Below are positions 17,010-27,350 of a stretch of DNA of 64,000 bases, in pieces. The translations under genes and the position numbers were made by a program. The DNA is taken from assembly GCA_964434325.1 (NCBI GenBank), contig CAYSUO010000001.1, positions 16,513-80,512 of the forward strand. Direction: 5' to 3'. The notes below the pieces were generated by a model. It saw nothing but the letters and a program-made list of their open reading frames with translations, did no database searches and was not told the DNA's origin. The first letter of the stretch is position 1. Each line of letters begins with the position of its first letter. The DNA comes from an uncultured Ruminococcus sp. GTDB taxonomy: Bacteria; Bacillota; Clostridia; Oscillospirales; CAG-272.

Positions 17010-18751
17010 GATGCTGTCACCTCCTTATCTATTTGAGAATAATAGATCTCCTGATATTCTGTATTATTCTCCAAGAGCTCGGAATGCTTTCCGATTCCTG
17101 TCACTCTGCCCTCGTTCATAACTATTATGCTATCGGCTTCCATAACGGAGCTAATGCGTTGCGCGATTATTATCTTCGTACATTCGGCAAGATCACCCGT
17201 AAGCGCTTCTCTTATCTGTTTTTCAGTCGCTGTATCGACTGCGCTCGTAGAATCGTCGAGTATAAGTATTTTCGGTTTTTTGAGCAGTGCACGAGCAATG
17301 CAAAGCCTTTGCTTTTGCCCGCCCGAAATATTTGCTCCGCCTTTATCAAGCATAGTGTCGTATTCATCGGGGAAGCTTGCAACAAATTTATCTGCCGCCG
17401 CGTGAGAGGCGGCGAGCTTTATCTCGTCCATATCGGCGCTTTCGTCGCCCCAGCGCAAATTGTCCACGATGCTCCCCGAAAAAAGAAGATTTTTTTGTAG
17501 CACCATGCCAACTCCGTCGCGCAGATTTTTCAATGAGTAATCCTTGACGTTCACGCCGTCGATTAGGATATCGCCTTCATCGGCATCGTAAAGCCGCGGT
17601 ATCATTGAAACGAGCGTTGTCTTTCCACACCCCGTTGAGCCTATGATGCCCACCGTCGCTCCCGCGGGAATAGAAAGGTTTATTTTATCGAGCACCGTCT
17701 CGGCACTGTTCTTATAATATTTGAACGAAACGTTTCTAAATTCTATCGCTCCGTTTGAAACAGCAAGCTCGGGGAACTTCGCCTCAGAATCGTCGAGATC
17801 TATCTCCTCGTCCATGATCTCGCAAATTCTTCTGCCCGAAGCGAGCGCACGCGATGACATCATAAAGAGCATTGTTACCATCATCAGGGAATGAAGTATC
17901 TGTTGAACGTAGGTGACGAATGCGGAAAGATCTCCTGGGAGCATTCCTCCATCGCTATTACCCGTTTCAACGACTATCTTGTGCCCAAACCAAATAACGG
18001 CGATAATGGTAGCATTCATTATCAGGGTCATGACGGGGCTGAGCAATATCATTATCTTGTTTGCGCTCATTCCCGTTTCTTTTAATTCGGCATTTGCTTT
18101 TTCAAATTTTTCGGTTTCATGATCTTCTCGCACGAAGGATTTCACAACGCGAACGTTGGTTATATTTTCGCGCACCGTGGAGTTTAACGAATCTATCTTC
18201 GTTTGCATCCTTCCGAAACGCGGGAAGCCCGTCTTGATAATAGAAAATACCGAAAGGAACATAAGGGGCACCGTTACTATAAAAATAACGGAAAGCGAAG
18301 GACGTAGTGCCACCGCCATTATTATACCACCTATCAGCATTCCTGGTGCTCTCAGCGCCATGCGCAAAAGCGTGTTCACAAAATTTTGCAGCTGCGTAAC
18401 GTCGTTCGTCAATCTCGTAACTATCGAGCCCGTTGAGAACTTATCTATATTGGCAAACGAATATTCTTGAATTTTCTTATATGCGTCGCGCCTGAGATCG
18501 GCAGCAAAATTAGTGGAAGCCTTCGCTCCAAAATAAGCACCGCCTACACCGCCCGCCATCATCATGACCGCGCATAGTATCATAATCGACGCTGTGCCTA
18601 TGCTTACACCTATTCCCGAAGCAGCATTATTCAATACTATGGACAAGAACTTCGGCATCGCCACCTCTCCTATGACCTCCACTATCATACATAGCGGACC
18701 AAGAATGAAATAGGGTAAGTACGGCTTAACGTATTTTAACCATCTTTTCAT
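17006..18751 (-). CDS. ABC transporter permease/ATP-binding protein (partner half-transporter)
   Basis: Walker A GSTGCGKTT, signature ISGGQKQR, Walker B ILILDDSTS. 4-nt overlap with the downstream partner gene. Confidence 0.9.
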   Translation of the reverse strand: MKRWLKYVKPYLPYFILGPLCMIVEVIGEVAMPKFLSIVLNNAASGIGVSIGTASIMILCAVMMMAGGVGGAYFGAKASTNFAADLRRDAYKKIQEYSFANIDKFSTGSIVTRLTNDVTQLQNFVNTLLRMALRAPGMLIGGIIMAVALRPSLSVIFIVTVPLMFLSVFSIIKTGFPRFGRMQTKIDSLNSTVRENITNVRVVKSFVREDHETEKFEKANAELKETGMSANKIMILLSPVMTLIMNATIIAVIWFGHKIVVETGNSDGGMLPGDLSAFVTYVQQILHSLMMVTMLFMMSSRALASGRRICEIMDEEIDLDDSEAKFPELAVSNGAIEFRNVSFKYYKNSAETVLDKINLSIPAGATVGIIGSTGCGKTTLVSMIPRLYDADEGDILIDGVNVKDYSLKNLRDGVGMVLQKNLLFSGSIVDNLRWGDESADMDEIKLAASHAAADKFVASFPDEYDTMLDKGGANISGGQKQRLCIARALLKKPKILILDDSTSAVDTATEKQIREALTGDLAECTKIIIAQRISSVMEADSIIVMNEGRVTGIGKHSELLENNTEYQEIYYSQIDKEVTAS

Positions 18752-18838
18752 TACGTAAAAACCTTTCTAATTTATTTTTTGCCTTAGCTTTCCGTAAGTG
18801 TTATTTCACACTTGCGGTGAAAAGCCATAAGGAATGCT

Positions 18839-19285
18839 TTAAATTTCAGTTCCGTGAACTGCGTTTTCTATATTATTTTTGATTTTTTCTAAAAATGCAA
18901 GATACATATCTAATTCCGCTTCGGAGAAGCCCTCAAACATCGACTCGTCAATTCTCGAAAAGAGCATTTTTGTTTTCTCGACTATCTCCCTCCCCCGCTC
19001 CGTTATATTTATCTCGTTAAACCTGTTATCGCTACCGATGCATCTTTTAATGTAGGCGTCGGCTTCGAGCTTTTGCAAAGCGACCGTGACGGCGGCGGAG
19101 CTTATTTCAAGATGCTCTGCCAAAGCCTTTTGCGATGGCAAATTTCCTCTTTTGGCGAGATACATTAAAATTCTATGCTGTGTTCTGTGAATTCCAATGC
19201 TTTGGACCTCGCGGTCAATCAAAAGCCTGTGCATTTTGCTTATGCATAGCATTCTGTTAACGGCATTGAAGCATTGCGTTTCCAT
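18839..19285 (-). CDS. MarR family transcriptional regulator
   Basis: Winged-HTH MarR pattern. First gene of the MarR-ABC-ABC unit. Confidence 0.85.
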   Translation of the reverse strand: METQCFNAVNRMLCISKMHRLLIDREVQSIGIHRTQHRILMYLAKRGNLPSQKALAEHLEISSAAVTVALQKLEADAYIKRCIGSDNRFNEINITERGREIVEKTKMLFSRIDESMFEGFSEAELDMYLAFLEKIKNNIENAVHGTEI

Positions 19286-19302
19286 AAATTCGCCTCCAAC
19301 AC

Positions 19303-19360
19303 TTAATCGATTAATAATTAAACGCTTAACTATTATATAGCATTAAACGAAAAAAGTCAA
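19303..19360 (-). promoter_or_regulatory. promoter TTGACT-17-TATAAT plus 12-bp perfect palindrome TTAATCGATTAA (candidate MarR operator)
   Basis: On the minus strand: TTGACT 19355-19360, TATAAT 19332-19337, palindrome 19303-19314 between the promoter and the GGAGG RBS. Confidence 0.6.
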
Positions 19361-19440
19361 TACGTGATATTAATAAAAGTTAAAATGTATTGAAATAATT
19401 CTAAACTTATGATAAAATAAGCTAAAAAACGGAGTTAGAT

Positions 19441-19911
19441 ATGAATACAAGCTTATGTTATATTGAAAACGAAGGCTATTATCTTATGCTTCACCGAACT
19501 AAAAAAGAAAATGATATAAACCGCGACAAATGGCTCGGCGTTGGCGGCAAGTTTAAGAACGGCGAAACGCCTTATGAATGCGCTCGCCGAGAAATACACG
19601 AGGAAACGGCAATTAAGCCCCAAAAGCTTAATTACCGCGGCATAATTACCTTCGTTACGCTAAATAAAAATAACGAAACCGAATATATGCATCTTTTTAC
19701 AAGCACGGTGCAAGAGCGCTTCGTCAATACAAGCTGTGACGAGGGAGAGCTCGTTTGGATCAAAAAAAGCGAAGTATGCAACCTCCCCATTTGGGAGGGG
19801 GATAAAATATTTTTCAAGCTCCTCGATACGGAAAAACGTTTTTTCTCATTAAAGCTCGTTTATGATGGCGATAAGCTTGTAGCTTGGGAGCTTGAGCGCA
19901 CTGAGGAATAG
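19441..19911 (+). CDS. NUDIX hydrolase (MutT/8-oxo-dGTPase-like)
   Basis: Nudix box GGKFKNGETPYECARREIHEETAI. Confidence 0.85.
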   Translation: MNTSLCYIENEGYYLMLHRTKKENDINRDKWLGVGGKFKNGETPYECARREIHEETAIKPQKLNYRGIITFVTLNKNNETEYMHLFTSTVQERFVNTSCDEGELVWIKKSEVCNLPIWEGDKIFFKLLDTEKRFFSLKLVYDGDKLVAWELERTEE

Positions 19912-19980
19912 GACGATCAAAGCACGAGCTTTTCGCGAGCTAAGTGTAAACCATTCAATTGAAGCTAAAACAAATAATCA

Positions 19981-20022
19981 CGGGCAGAGGTATCGCCAAG
20001 AACACCTCTGCCCGCATTTATT
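19981..20022. terminator. bidirectional intrinsic terminator between the convergent NUDIX and DUF45 genes
   Basis: 11-bp stem CGGGCAGAGGT/ACCTCTGCCCG with T/A-rich flanks on both sides. Confidence 0.7.
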
Positions 20023-20051
20023 ATTAAATCAAAATGAAAGGATATTACGCA

Positions 20052-20555
20052 CTATTTAAGCATACGTTTTCTGAGCTTATAATCGGGCATGTACCTTTCG
20101 ATTATATCGTAAAACTTTTTTGAGTGATTCATTTCTTTGATATGGGCAAGCTCGTGCACAACGACGTACTCTCGCGCCTCTTCGGGAAAAAGCATTAAAA
20201 GGTATGAAAAACATATATTTCTGCTTGATGAACAGGAGCCAAATCTCGTTTTGGCAGAAGTGATTTTAATTCTGCCAAATTTTAAACCCATAATTTTTGA
20301 AAAGTGTCTTGACGTTTCCGAAAAATAAAGCTTCGCTTCCTCTTTTAGCGTCTTGATTTCCGCCGCGGATAGCGGAGGCTTTTGTAGCTCTGCTCTACTT
20401 TTCTCTAAGCGATTTAGAATCCATTTGCGATGTTTTTCACAAACTTTGTCCATCGTGGAGCGCGGCGTACCGAAAGGGGCTTTAACTAACAAAACTCCGT
20501 TTTTAACGCTTATAGATATTGTTTTTCTATTAGAGAAAGCAAGCTGATATTCCAT
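20052..20555 (-). CDS. YgjP-like (DUF45) M48-type metallopeptidase
   Basis: HELAH zinc motif in the context VVHELAHIKEMNHSKKF. Confidence 0.75.
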   Translation of the reverse strand: MEYQLAFSNRKTISISVKNGVLLVKAPFGTPRSTMDKVCEKHRKWILNRLEKSRAELQKPPLSAAEIKTLKEEAKLYFSETSRHFSKIMGLKFGRIKITSAKTRFGSCSSSRNICFSYLLMLFPEEAREYVVVHELAHIKEMNHSKKFYDIIERYMPDYKLRKRMLK

Positions 20556-20572
20556 ATTATCTCACTCTTTTC

Positions 20573-22972
20573 TCAATCGCTATGAAGATAGCAATATGAA
20601 TTAAACTGTTTTTTGCTCTTGCTCCTGCCAGCGTATTCGCCATCAGGTATTGCATATATGAAAAACGGAACGTCGTAGCTGTCACCCATCGGTATACCGT
20701 CGGGAATGTCACGGCAGGTATATTCCGCATCCGTCACCTCGATCTCACACGGAAATCGCCTGTCATCGACCTTTACGAGAGAAACGTCGGCAATATTATC
20801 GTGCGTACAGCCATCGTGTGCTATTGCACCTGTAAGTGTATCGTATTTATACATAATGTGGCGTTCGCAAGCTTTTTTCGGGGCATTATCCTCTAAAAAA
20901 TAACCGTATTCAAGTCTGCTCCCACGTGGATCGAAAGTGCAGGCGCTGTTATATAGCTCTCCCGAATCCTTACAGAATGGCAATCTTACGAGGCCGTCCG
21001 TTTTGAAGTTCTTTTCACCGTCGCCACGTAATGCCATTTCGGAATAGATTGCCTTAGAAACGTCATCCCATATCTTCAAGTGGCTGATTTCGAGTGTGCC
21101 GATCGTCTTTTTGCTTTGAGTGTAGCCGCACCAGATGCCAGCCGCAAAGTACGGCGTATATCCAATAAATAGTCTATCCTTGTCATCGCCCGAGGTGCCC
21201 GTTTTACCCGCCGTATCGACGTATTCAGAGAGTGTTATGCTTTTTGCCGTTCCCGAGTCTACAACGCGTTCGAGAAGCTTATTCATAATTCGCGCCGTTT
21301 CTGCTTTCATCACCCTTTTCTGCTCTGCTCCGTTTTCCAAAAGCAACGCACCGTTCATATCGAAGACCGCGACGTACGATTTAGAGCGCGCCAGCACACC
21401 GTCGTTCGGGAAGGCGCCGTAGGCTTCCGTGAGCTTCCTTAAACTTACCCCACGGCTGAGCTGCCCAAGCGCCAGAGGAGAAACTGACATATCGGTAATA
21501 ATACTTCCGCTATCGGTCGTTTGCTTTTTAATCAAGGTATCAAATCCGTAGTCGTCCTTTAATAACGAAAAAATTTTCTCGGCGCCCAGCATATTATATA
21601 GCCTCACGGCAACGGTATTTTTGGAAAGGCGCAAAGCGTCCGCAACCGTTGTCAAGCCGTCATAACCCAATGGCGAATTTTTCGGAAATGGCGTATATTC
21701 CGACGCCTCACCTTTGTTAAAGCTAACTGGAACATCGTCAAAAACGCTTGCCCAATTTATCTTTTTTGAATCTAAGAGCGGTGCGTACAGGGCGATGGGC
21801 TTCAAGGTCGAGCCTGGGGTTACGGAAATTTCCGCGCAATTTAAAAGCTTGTTCTTTTCCTTTTTTCGCGCGCCGCCAGCAATCGCAAGGAGTGCCCCCG
21901 TTTCTGGTGAATTTACTACGAAGGAAAACTCCAATCCGCTATCCACCTTGCTTGGAAAATTATCGGCGTTTTCAAAATACTCGCTTACTATGCGTTGAAT
22001 TTTGGGAGAAACGGTACTGTAAATATTGAGTCCGCCACCGTTTACAAACTTTCGCGCAGTACCAAGCGTTACATTCATTTCTTTGGCGATATCTTTTGCA
22101 ACGTCGCTACATACGGTTTCTGCAAACCAACTGTTAATAAGCTCCGCTTCCTGTTTTTCTTTGATTTCAAGGGGCGCCTGCTTTGCCAGCTCGTAATACT
22201 CTTCACTTATATATCCACATTTATAAAGGCTATAAAGCACCTTGTTCCTTTTTTCAATGCATGCCTCGGGATGCCTATACGGATCGTATTTGCTCGGAGC
22301 ATTCGCCATTCCGACGAGAGTTGCCGCTTCAATATAATCGAGCTCGGCAGGGCTTTTTCCAAAAAAGCACTCTGCCGCTTCTCCGACTCCGACTATTCCG
22401 TTGCTCATCGGAGCTATATTCAAATACACCTCGAAAATCTCTTCCTTGGTGTGTGAGCCTTCGATGTGCCAAGCTCTCAAAATCTCGTTAAATTTACGAC
22501 TCACGCTTCTTTCGCTGTCACCGCTTATATTTTTAATCACCTGTTGCGTTATCGTTGAGCCGCCGAAATTCGTTTTAAAATGGAACAGATAATTTAAAAA
22601 CGCCGCGGTCGTTCTTTTCAGATCTACCCCGTTATGCTCAAAGAACGTGCGATCCTCCATTGCGACGAAGGCGTTTTTTATACTGTTTGAAATCTCGCCG
22701 TAGGGATACCACTCTTTTTTAGTCGAGCCACCGTAAACAGATTCGTAAACGACGGGCGAATACGACGAAAGAGATGTGCTTTTTTCGGAAGCGTCATAAT
22801 ATATCTTCGTTATATTTGAAGAGTGAGCAGCGCTGAAAAGCACCTCGTCAACCGAATAGTCCACCGCCGAGGAATAGGCGTACACGACAATGAAGCACAC
22901 GCCGAGTATCAATGCCGCGGCAAGCGCTAATGCAATAAGCGATAAGTTTTTGTTTTTATTATTTTTACTCAT
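20573..22972 (-). CDS. class A penicillin-binding protein (glycosyltransferase + transpeptidase) with Cys-rich C-terminal extension
   Basis: N-terminal TM segment, GT51 motif EDRTFFEHNG, transpeptidase STLK (PGSTLKP). Confidence 0.9.
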   Translation of the reverse strand: MSKNNKNKNLSLIALALAAALILGVCFIVVYAYSSAVDYSVDEVLFSAAHSSNITKIYYDASEKSTSLSSYSPVVYESVYGGSTKKEWYPYGEISNSIKNAFVAMEDRTFFEHNGVDLKRTTAAFLNYLFHFKTNFGGSTITQQVIKNISGDSERSVSRKFNEILRAWHIEGSHTKEEIFEVYLNIAPMSNGIVGVGEAAECFFGKSPAELDYIEAATLVGMANAPSKYDPYRHPEACIEKRNKVLYSLYKCGYISEEYYELAKQAPLEIKEKQEAELINSWFAETVCSDVAKDIAKEMNVTLGTARKFVNGGGLNIYSTVSPKIQRIVSEYFENADNFPSKVDSGLEFSFVVNSPETGALLAIAGGARKKEKNKLLNCAEISVTPGSTLKPIALYAPLLDSKKINWASVFDDVPVSFNKGEASEYTPFPKNSPLGYDGLTTVADALRLSKNTVAVRLYNMLGAEKIFSLLKDDYGFDTLIKKQTTDSGSIITDMSVSPLALGQLSRGVSLRKLTEAYGAFPNDGVLARSKSYVAVFDMNGALLLENGAEQKRVMKAETARIMNKLLERVVDSGTAKSITLSEYVDTAGKTGTSGDDKDRLFIGYTPYFAAGIWCGYTQSKKTIGTLEISHLKIWDDVSKAIYSEMALRGDGEKNFKTDGLVRLPFCKDSGELYNSACTFDPRGSRLEYGYFLEDNAPKKACERHIMYKYDTLTGAIAHDGCTHDNIADVSLVKVDDRRFPCEIEVTDAEYTCRDIPDGIPMGDSYDVPFFIYAIPDGEYAGRSKSKKQFNSYCYLHSD

Positions 22973-23044
22973 ATTAAATACCCGTTTTTATGTTTTCCCA
23001 AAACGCGCATTTAATTATATAAACAATTAGAAAAAAAGGAAAAA

Positions 23045-23788
23045 TCAGTAGTTGACGCGATTAAGATAGAGTCCTTCGGGAGGCGCCGTCGCTCCCGCTC
23101 TTTTTCTATCCTTCGATAGTAGAATTCCCGTAATGTCGGAAGCTTTCTTATTTCCCGTCCCCACTTCCACAAGCGTCCCGACTATGATTCTCACCATATT
23201 ATATAAAAAACCGTTGGCGCATATCTTAATATCAATTTCGCTCCCGTGCTTTGACACGTCCACGTAGAACACAGTGCGCACGGTATCGGTCGTATCCGAG
23301 CCCGCGCTCATAAACGCCGAAAAATCGTGCGTGCCGACAAGAGAAAGCGCCGCTCGCCGCATTTCTTCTATCGCGCGCTCATCAAGAAGCCTCGGAAAGA
23401 ACCACGCTCTGCCGAAATCGAAAGGATCGTAGATACGTTCGTTGCGTATTCGATATAAATATTCCTTCGACTTTACGTCGTATCTCGGGTGAAAGCCGTC
23501 CTCACACGCCGTTGCATAATAGAGCGACAGATCATTAGGCAAAAAGCGTGCTACCGCCACGGGAAGCTTTTCAGGCGGAACGGTGGCGGAATCACATTCA
23601 AGCGTAACGCAAAATTCGTTGGCGTGAACTCCCGCGTCCGTTCTGCTGCATCCCGTGATCCTGCACTGCGAAGCAGTGGCGAGAGAAACCGCCTTGGCGA
23701 GCTCGGCTTGCACCGTGCGTTTACAGGGCTGCACCTGAAAGCCGCAAAAGCTCGTTCCCAAATACTTAATCTTTGCAAAATACTTCAT
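23045..23788 (-). CDS. truA: tRNA pseudouridine(38-40) synthase
   Basis: KYLGTSFCGFQ N-terminus and the catalytic RTDAGVHA motif. Confidence 0.9.
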   Translation of the reverse strand: MKYFAKIKYLGTSFCGFQVQPCKRTVQAELAKAVSLATASQCRITGCSRTDAGVHANEFCVTLECDSATVPPEKLPVAVARFLPNDLSLYYATACEDGFHPRYDVKSKEYLYRIRNERIYDPFDFGRAWFFPRLLDERAIEEMRRAALSLVGTHDFSAFMSAGSDTTDTVRTVFYVDVSKHGSEIDIKICANGFLYNMVRIIVGTLVEVGTGNKKASDITGILLSKDRKRAGATAPPEGLYLNRVNY

Positions 23789-23795
23789 TTAGCAC

Positions 23796-24656
23796 CTAAA
23801 AGCGATAAAAAGCGATACCGTATATGATATTGCTTATTTCAAAGCGATACGGCAATATTCGCAAGCAAACGATTGCCGCCATCAAGGCGAACGAAAGCAA
23901 AAATGCCGCAATGTCTCTTTTTTTGTACGAAAGCTTGACCAATTTCGTTCTGTTCACGTCGCCGCGATAGCAGCGGCATTCCATGGCCGTCGCGAGCTCG
24001 TCGGCACGTTTGAAGGAGGAAACGAAAAGCGGAATCAATATGGGGATCAAGGCTTTAACGCGCTTAACGATATTCCCCTGTGTAAAATCGGCACCACGCG
24101 ACTTTTGTGCGTTCATTATTTTTTCGGTCTCCTCGACCAGAGTCGGAATAAAGCGTAGCGCGATCGTCATCATCATTGCAAAAAGATGAACGGGGATCTT
24201 GATTTTTTTCAAGGGCTTTAAAAGCGACTCCAAGCCGTCGGTAAGAGCGATTGGCGACGTCGTGTACGTCAGCAGAACGCTCGTTCCAACTATGAGCAAA
24301 ATTACCCTTAATGCCATAAACAGAGCCCTGACCAAGCCTTCCGTATATATTTTAACGACCCAAAACGCGATGAGCGGATCGCCTTCGCCCTTGGTGAAAA
24401 ATATATTTATAAGGCCTGTGAATATGAGCACTACGATTATCGGCTTAATGCTTTTCAAAATTACCGAAAAAGATATTTTGCTTATAAAGACAAGCGCGAT
24501 AACCGTCAAAGTTAATATCAAAAACGCGACGGGATTATTGGCGACGAAGATTGCGACGATAAAAAGCAGAGCGAGAATTATCTTGGTTCTCGGGTCAAGC
24601 TTATGTATCTTTGAAAAGCCTGGAAAAAACTGACCGAGCGTTATATCGGAGATCAT
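23796..24656 (-). CDS. ecfT: ECF transporter transmembrane component
   Basis: Polytopic membrane protein downstream of two EcfA genes. Start trimmed to ATG 24656 (ATGA overlap with ecfA2). Confidence 0.9.
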   Translation of the reverse strand: MISDITLGQFFPGFSKIHKLDPRTKIILALLFIVAIFVANNPVAFLILTLTVIALVFISKISFSVILKSIKPIIVVLIFTGLINIFFTKGEGDPLIAFWVVKIYTEGLVRALFMALRVILLIVGTSVLLTYTTSPIALTDGLESLLKPLKKIKIPVHLFAMMMTIALRFIPTLVEETEKIMNAQKSRGADFTQGNIVKRVKALIPILIPLFVSSFKRADELATAMECRCYRGDVNRTKLVKLSYKKRDIAAFLLSFALMAAIVCLRILPYRFEISNIIYGIAFYRF

Positions 24657-25513
24657 TGCTTTTCCCTCCCGATAACATCTATTATGGCTTCCTTGACGCC
24701 TTGCACCGTATAAAGCTTGCCGCGAAGAGGAATGCCGCACTTTATGAGGCGGTTTGCAATGCGTGCAACGGAGGGAACGTCAAGCCCTATCGAGGAAAGC
24801 GAATCGGCATCGGAAAATATATCGTCGACTGTTCCCGCTCTAAAAATTTTGGCATCACTCATAACGACCACGTTGTCACAATAATACGCCATATCCTCCA
24901 TAGAGTGACTAACGAGAATTATGGTTGCATCATTGTTTTTCACGTATTCAAGCAGTCCTCCCAGAATATCGCGCCTTCCCTGGGGATCAAGTCCCGCCGC
25001 GGGCTCGTCGAGTACGAGGACCTCAGGCTTCATCGCTATTATTCCCGCTATGGCGACGCGGCGCTTTTGACCACCCGAGAGCTCAAACGGCGATTTATCG
25101 AGCAAGGAGCTTTCTATTCCCACAAAGCTCGTCGCCATATTAATTCGCTCCGCGATTTCATCCTGTGTCAATCCTTGATTTTTAGGACCGAAGGCAATGT
25201 CACCTCTCACGGTATCGTCAAATAGCTGGTACTCGGGATATTGCATGACGAGCCCAACTCTATATCTTATCTTGTAGATTTCCTTCGGCTTGCTCCATAT
25301 ATCTATTCCATCAAGCAAAACGCTACCGCTATCAGGACGATACAAACCGTTCAAAAGATTAACGAGAGTGGATTTTCCAGAGCCCGTATGACCTATGAGC
25401 CCCGTCACCTTCCCTTTTTCAAAAGCAACGCTAACGTCGTCGAGCGCTTTTTTTTGAAATGGAGTTCCTTTACTGTATAAAAAAGATACGTTTTTTAATT
25501 CAATTTTGTTCAT
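24653..25513 (-). CDS. ecfA2: ECF transporter ATPase component A2
   Basis: Walker A GHTGSGKST, signature LSGGQKRR. Start trimmed to ATG 25513 (MNKIELKNV). Confidence 0.9.
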   Translation of the reverse strand: MNKIELKNVSFLYSKGTPFQKKALDDVSVAFEKGKVTGLIGHTGSGKSTLVNLLNGLYRPDSGSVLLDGIDIWSKPKEIYKIRYRVGLVMQYPEYQLFDDTVRGDIAFGPKNQGLTQDEIAERINMATSFVGIESSLLDKSPFELSGGQKRRVAIAGIIAMKPEVLVLDEPAAGLDPQGRRDILGGLLEYVKNNDATIILVSHSMEDMAYYCDNVVVMSDAKIFRAGTVDDIFSDADSLSSIGLDVPSVARIANRLIKCGIPLRGKLYTVQGVKEAIIDVIGREKQ

Positions 25514-26405
25514 AGCGACTCTCTTTTTTAAGAAAACTGATGATTGCTTCCAAGCAATCATCCTCGGTGAGCACACGTTTTTCGACGTCGTACCCGCTTT
25601 TTGCAAGCTCGTTCACAAGCTCGACGCCCTGTGGCGCCTCCAAGCCTATGCCGTGAAGAAGCTCCACGTTGGAAAAGACCGTCATCGCATCGCCGTCAAG
25701 AAGCAATTCGCCGTCGTTTATAACCAAAATGCGATCGGCGCGCGCCGCCTCGTCCATATAGTGTGTTATATTTAGTATCGTGATTCCTTCCTCGCGATTC
25801 AGCTTCTCCATTATTTCAATAACCTCACGCCGCCCCAGCGGGTCAAGCATTGCGGTCGATTCATCGAATATGATGATCTTCGGCTTCATAGCGATTATAC
25901 CAGCTATGGCAACACGCTGCTTTTGTCCGCCCGAAAGCTTATGCGGAGCGTGGTGCGCATAATCGGTCATTCCCGTGAGATACAGCGCATTATTTACGCG
26001 GCGGCGTATTTCTTCGCGCGGCAGCCCGAGGTTTTCAGGTCCAAAGGCAACGTCCTCTTCAACAACGGTCGCAACGAGCTGATTATCGGGGTTTTGGAAT
26101 ACCATTCCAACGTCTTTTCTCACGTTGAAGACATCTTCTTCTGTAAAGTCTTCCGCCGTTATCTCTCTGCCGTCGATATATATCTTACCGTCACTCGGTG
26201 TCAAAATCATGTTTAAAAGCTTTGCAAGCGTTGATTTCCCAGAGCCGTTATGACCGAGTATCGCTATATATTCACCCGCTTCAACGTTAAAGCTAATATT
26301 TTTTAAAGTGGGCACCGTGGCAAAAAGCTCGCTCGATTGAAGTTCGGAATCCGCCTGTTCGTACGTAAAGCTTAAATTTTTAACTTCTATCAAAGGTGAA
26401 CTCAT
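25500..26405 (-). CDS. ecfA1: ECF transporter ATPase component A1
   Basis: Walker A GHNGSGKST, signature LSGGQKQR. Start trimmed to ATG 26405 (MSSPLIEVKNL). Confidence 0.9.
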   Translation of the reverse strand: MSSPLIEVKNLSFTYEQADSELQSSELFATVPTLKNISFNVEAGEYIAILGHNGSGKSTLAKLLNMILTPSDGKIYIDGREITAEDFTEEDVFNVRKDVGMVFQNPDNQLVATVVEEDVAFGPENLGLPREEIRRRVNNALYLTGMTDYAHHAPHKLSGGQKQRVAIAGIIAMKPKIIIFDESTAMLDPLGRREVIEIMEKLNREEGITILNITHYMDEAARADRILVINDGELLLDGDAMTVFSNVELLHGIGLEAPQGVELVNELAKSGYDVEKRVLTEDDCLEAIISFLKKESRYEQN

Positions 26406-26476
26406 AAAATCATTCCTTTCTCTGCAATGCCGCGTTTGGGCAATGCTAAGACTTTGTAGACTACATAACGATGATA

Positions 26477-27340
26477 TTACTTGAAGAGCACACGCACGCT
26501 TGATCCGCATGGCAAGGAGGCTCCACTGCTTTCAACGGGAAGCCCCAGCTCATCGGCAACGCTGGCACCACGCCTTTTTGAAAGCAATCTTACGTCCGTT
26601 ATGTATTTCATAGTAGATGGAGAGAGCCCCGTTGTATACGAGTTAAGCAAAAAGAAGAGCGGATTATCGGACAAAACGAGCGACGCGATGGTTACGAGTT
26701 CGTCTACATTATCTTCGATTTTCCACACCTCGCCCGTGGGGCCTCGCCCGTAGGACGGCGGGTCCATAATTATGGCGTCATATTTTCTGCCGCGCCTTAT
26801 CTCTCGTTCTATGAATTTTTTGCAATCGTCAACGATGTATCTTATAGGTGAAGCTTCAAGCCCCGAAAGTCTGGCGTTTTCCTTGGCCGACTGTATCATT
26901 CCACGCGAGGCATCTACATGGCACACCTGTGCACCCGCTTTTGCTGCCGCGACGGTCGCCCCTCCTGTATATGCAAACAGGTTTAAAACGCTTATCGGAC
27001 GTTCGGCGTTTTTTATTAATTCTCTAAACCAGTCCCAATTAGTCGCCTGTTCTGGAAACAACCCCGTATGCTTAAAGCCCATCGGTTTTACTTGAAAAGT
27101 GAGGTCATCGTAAGAGACCGTCCATTTTTCGGGCAAAGAATTTTCGCTCCATGCGCCGCCGCCCGAGTTGCTTCGCTTATAGCTTGCGTCAGGCTTTTTC
27201 CAGAGCGGATGCCTTTTCTCGGTTTTCCATATTACCTGAGGATCGGGGCGAACGAGACAATACTTTCCCCAGCGCTCAAGCTTCTCTCCGCAAGAAGCGT
27301 CAATCAGCTTATAATCATTCCACTTATCAGAAGTCCACAT
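26477..27340 (-). CDS. class I SAM-dependent methyltransferase (RlmI/RlmK C-terminal-domain-like, probably rRNA)
   Basis: SAM motif LNLFAYTGG and the DPPSYGRG motif typical of this methyltransferase clade. Confidence 0.7.
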   Translation of the reverse strand: MWTSDKWNDYKLIDASCGEKLERWGKYCLVRPDPQVIWKTEKRHPLWKKPDASYKRSNSGGGAWSENSLPEKWTVSYDDLTFQVKPMGFKHTGLFPEQATNWDWFRELIKNAERPISVLNLFAYTGGATVAAAKAGAQVCHVDASRGMIQSAKENARLSGLEASPIRYIVDDCKKFIEREIRRGRKYDAIIMDPPSYGRGPTGEVWKIEDNVDELVTIASLVLSDNPLFFLLNSYTTGLSPSTMKYITDVRLLSKRRGASVADELGLPVESSGASLPCGSSVRVLFK

Positions 27341-27350
27341 AGCGTGCCCC

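Noticed and set aside
16916-17500. 194-aa ORF spanning the junction of the two ABC genes on the plus strand
   Set aside because: Antisense to two strongly supported ABC transporter genes, with no motif and no RBS.
18802-18827. 10-bp hairpin CCGTAAGTGT/ACACTTGCGG between marR and the first ABC gene as an attenuator
   Set aside because: No T-run follows it on the transcribed (minus) strand. It may be a stabiliser or processing site, but there is no evidence for termination.
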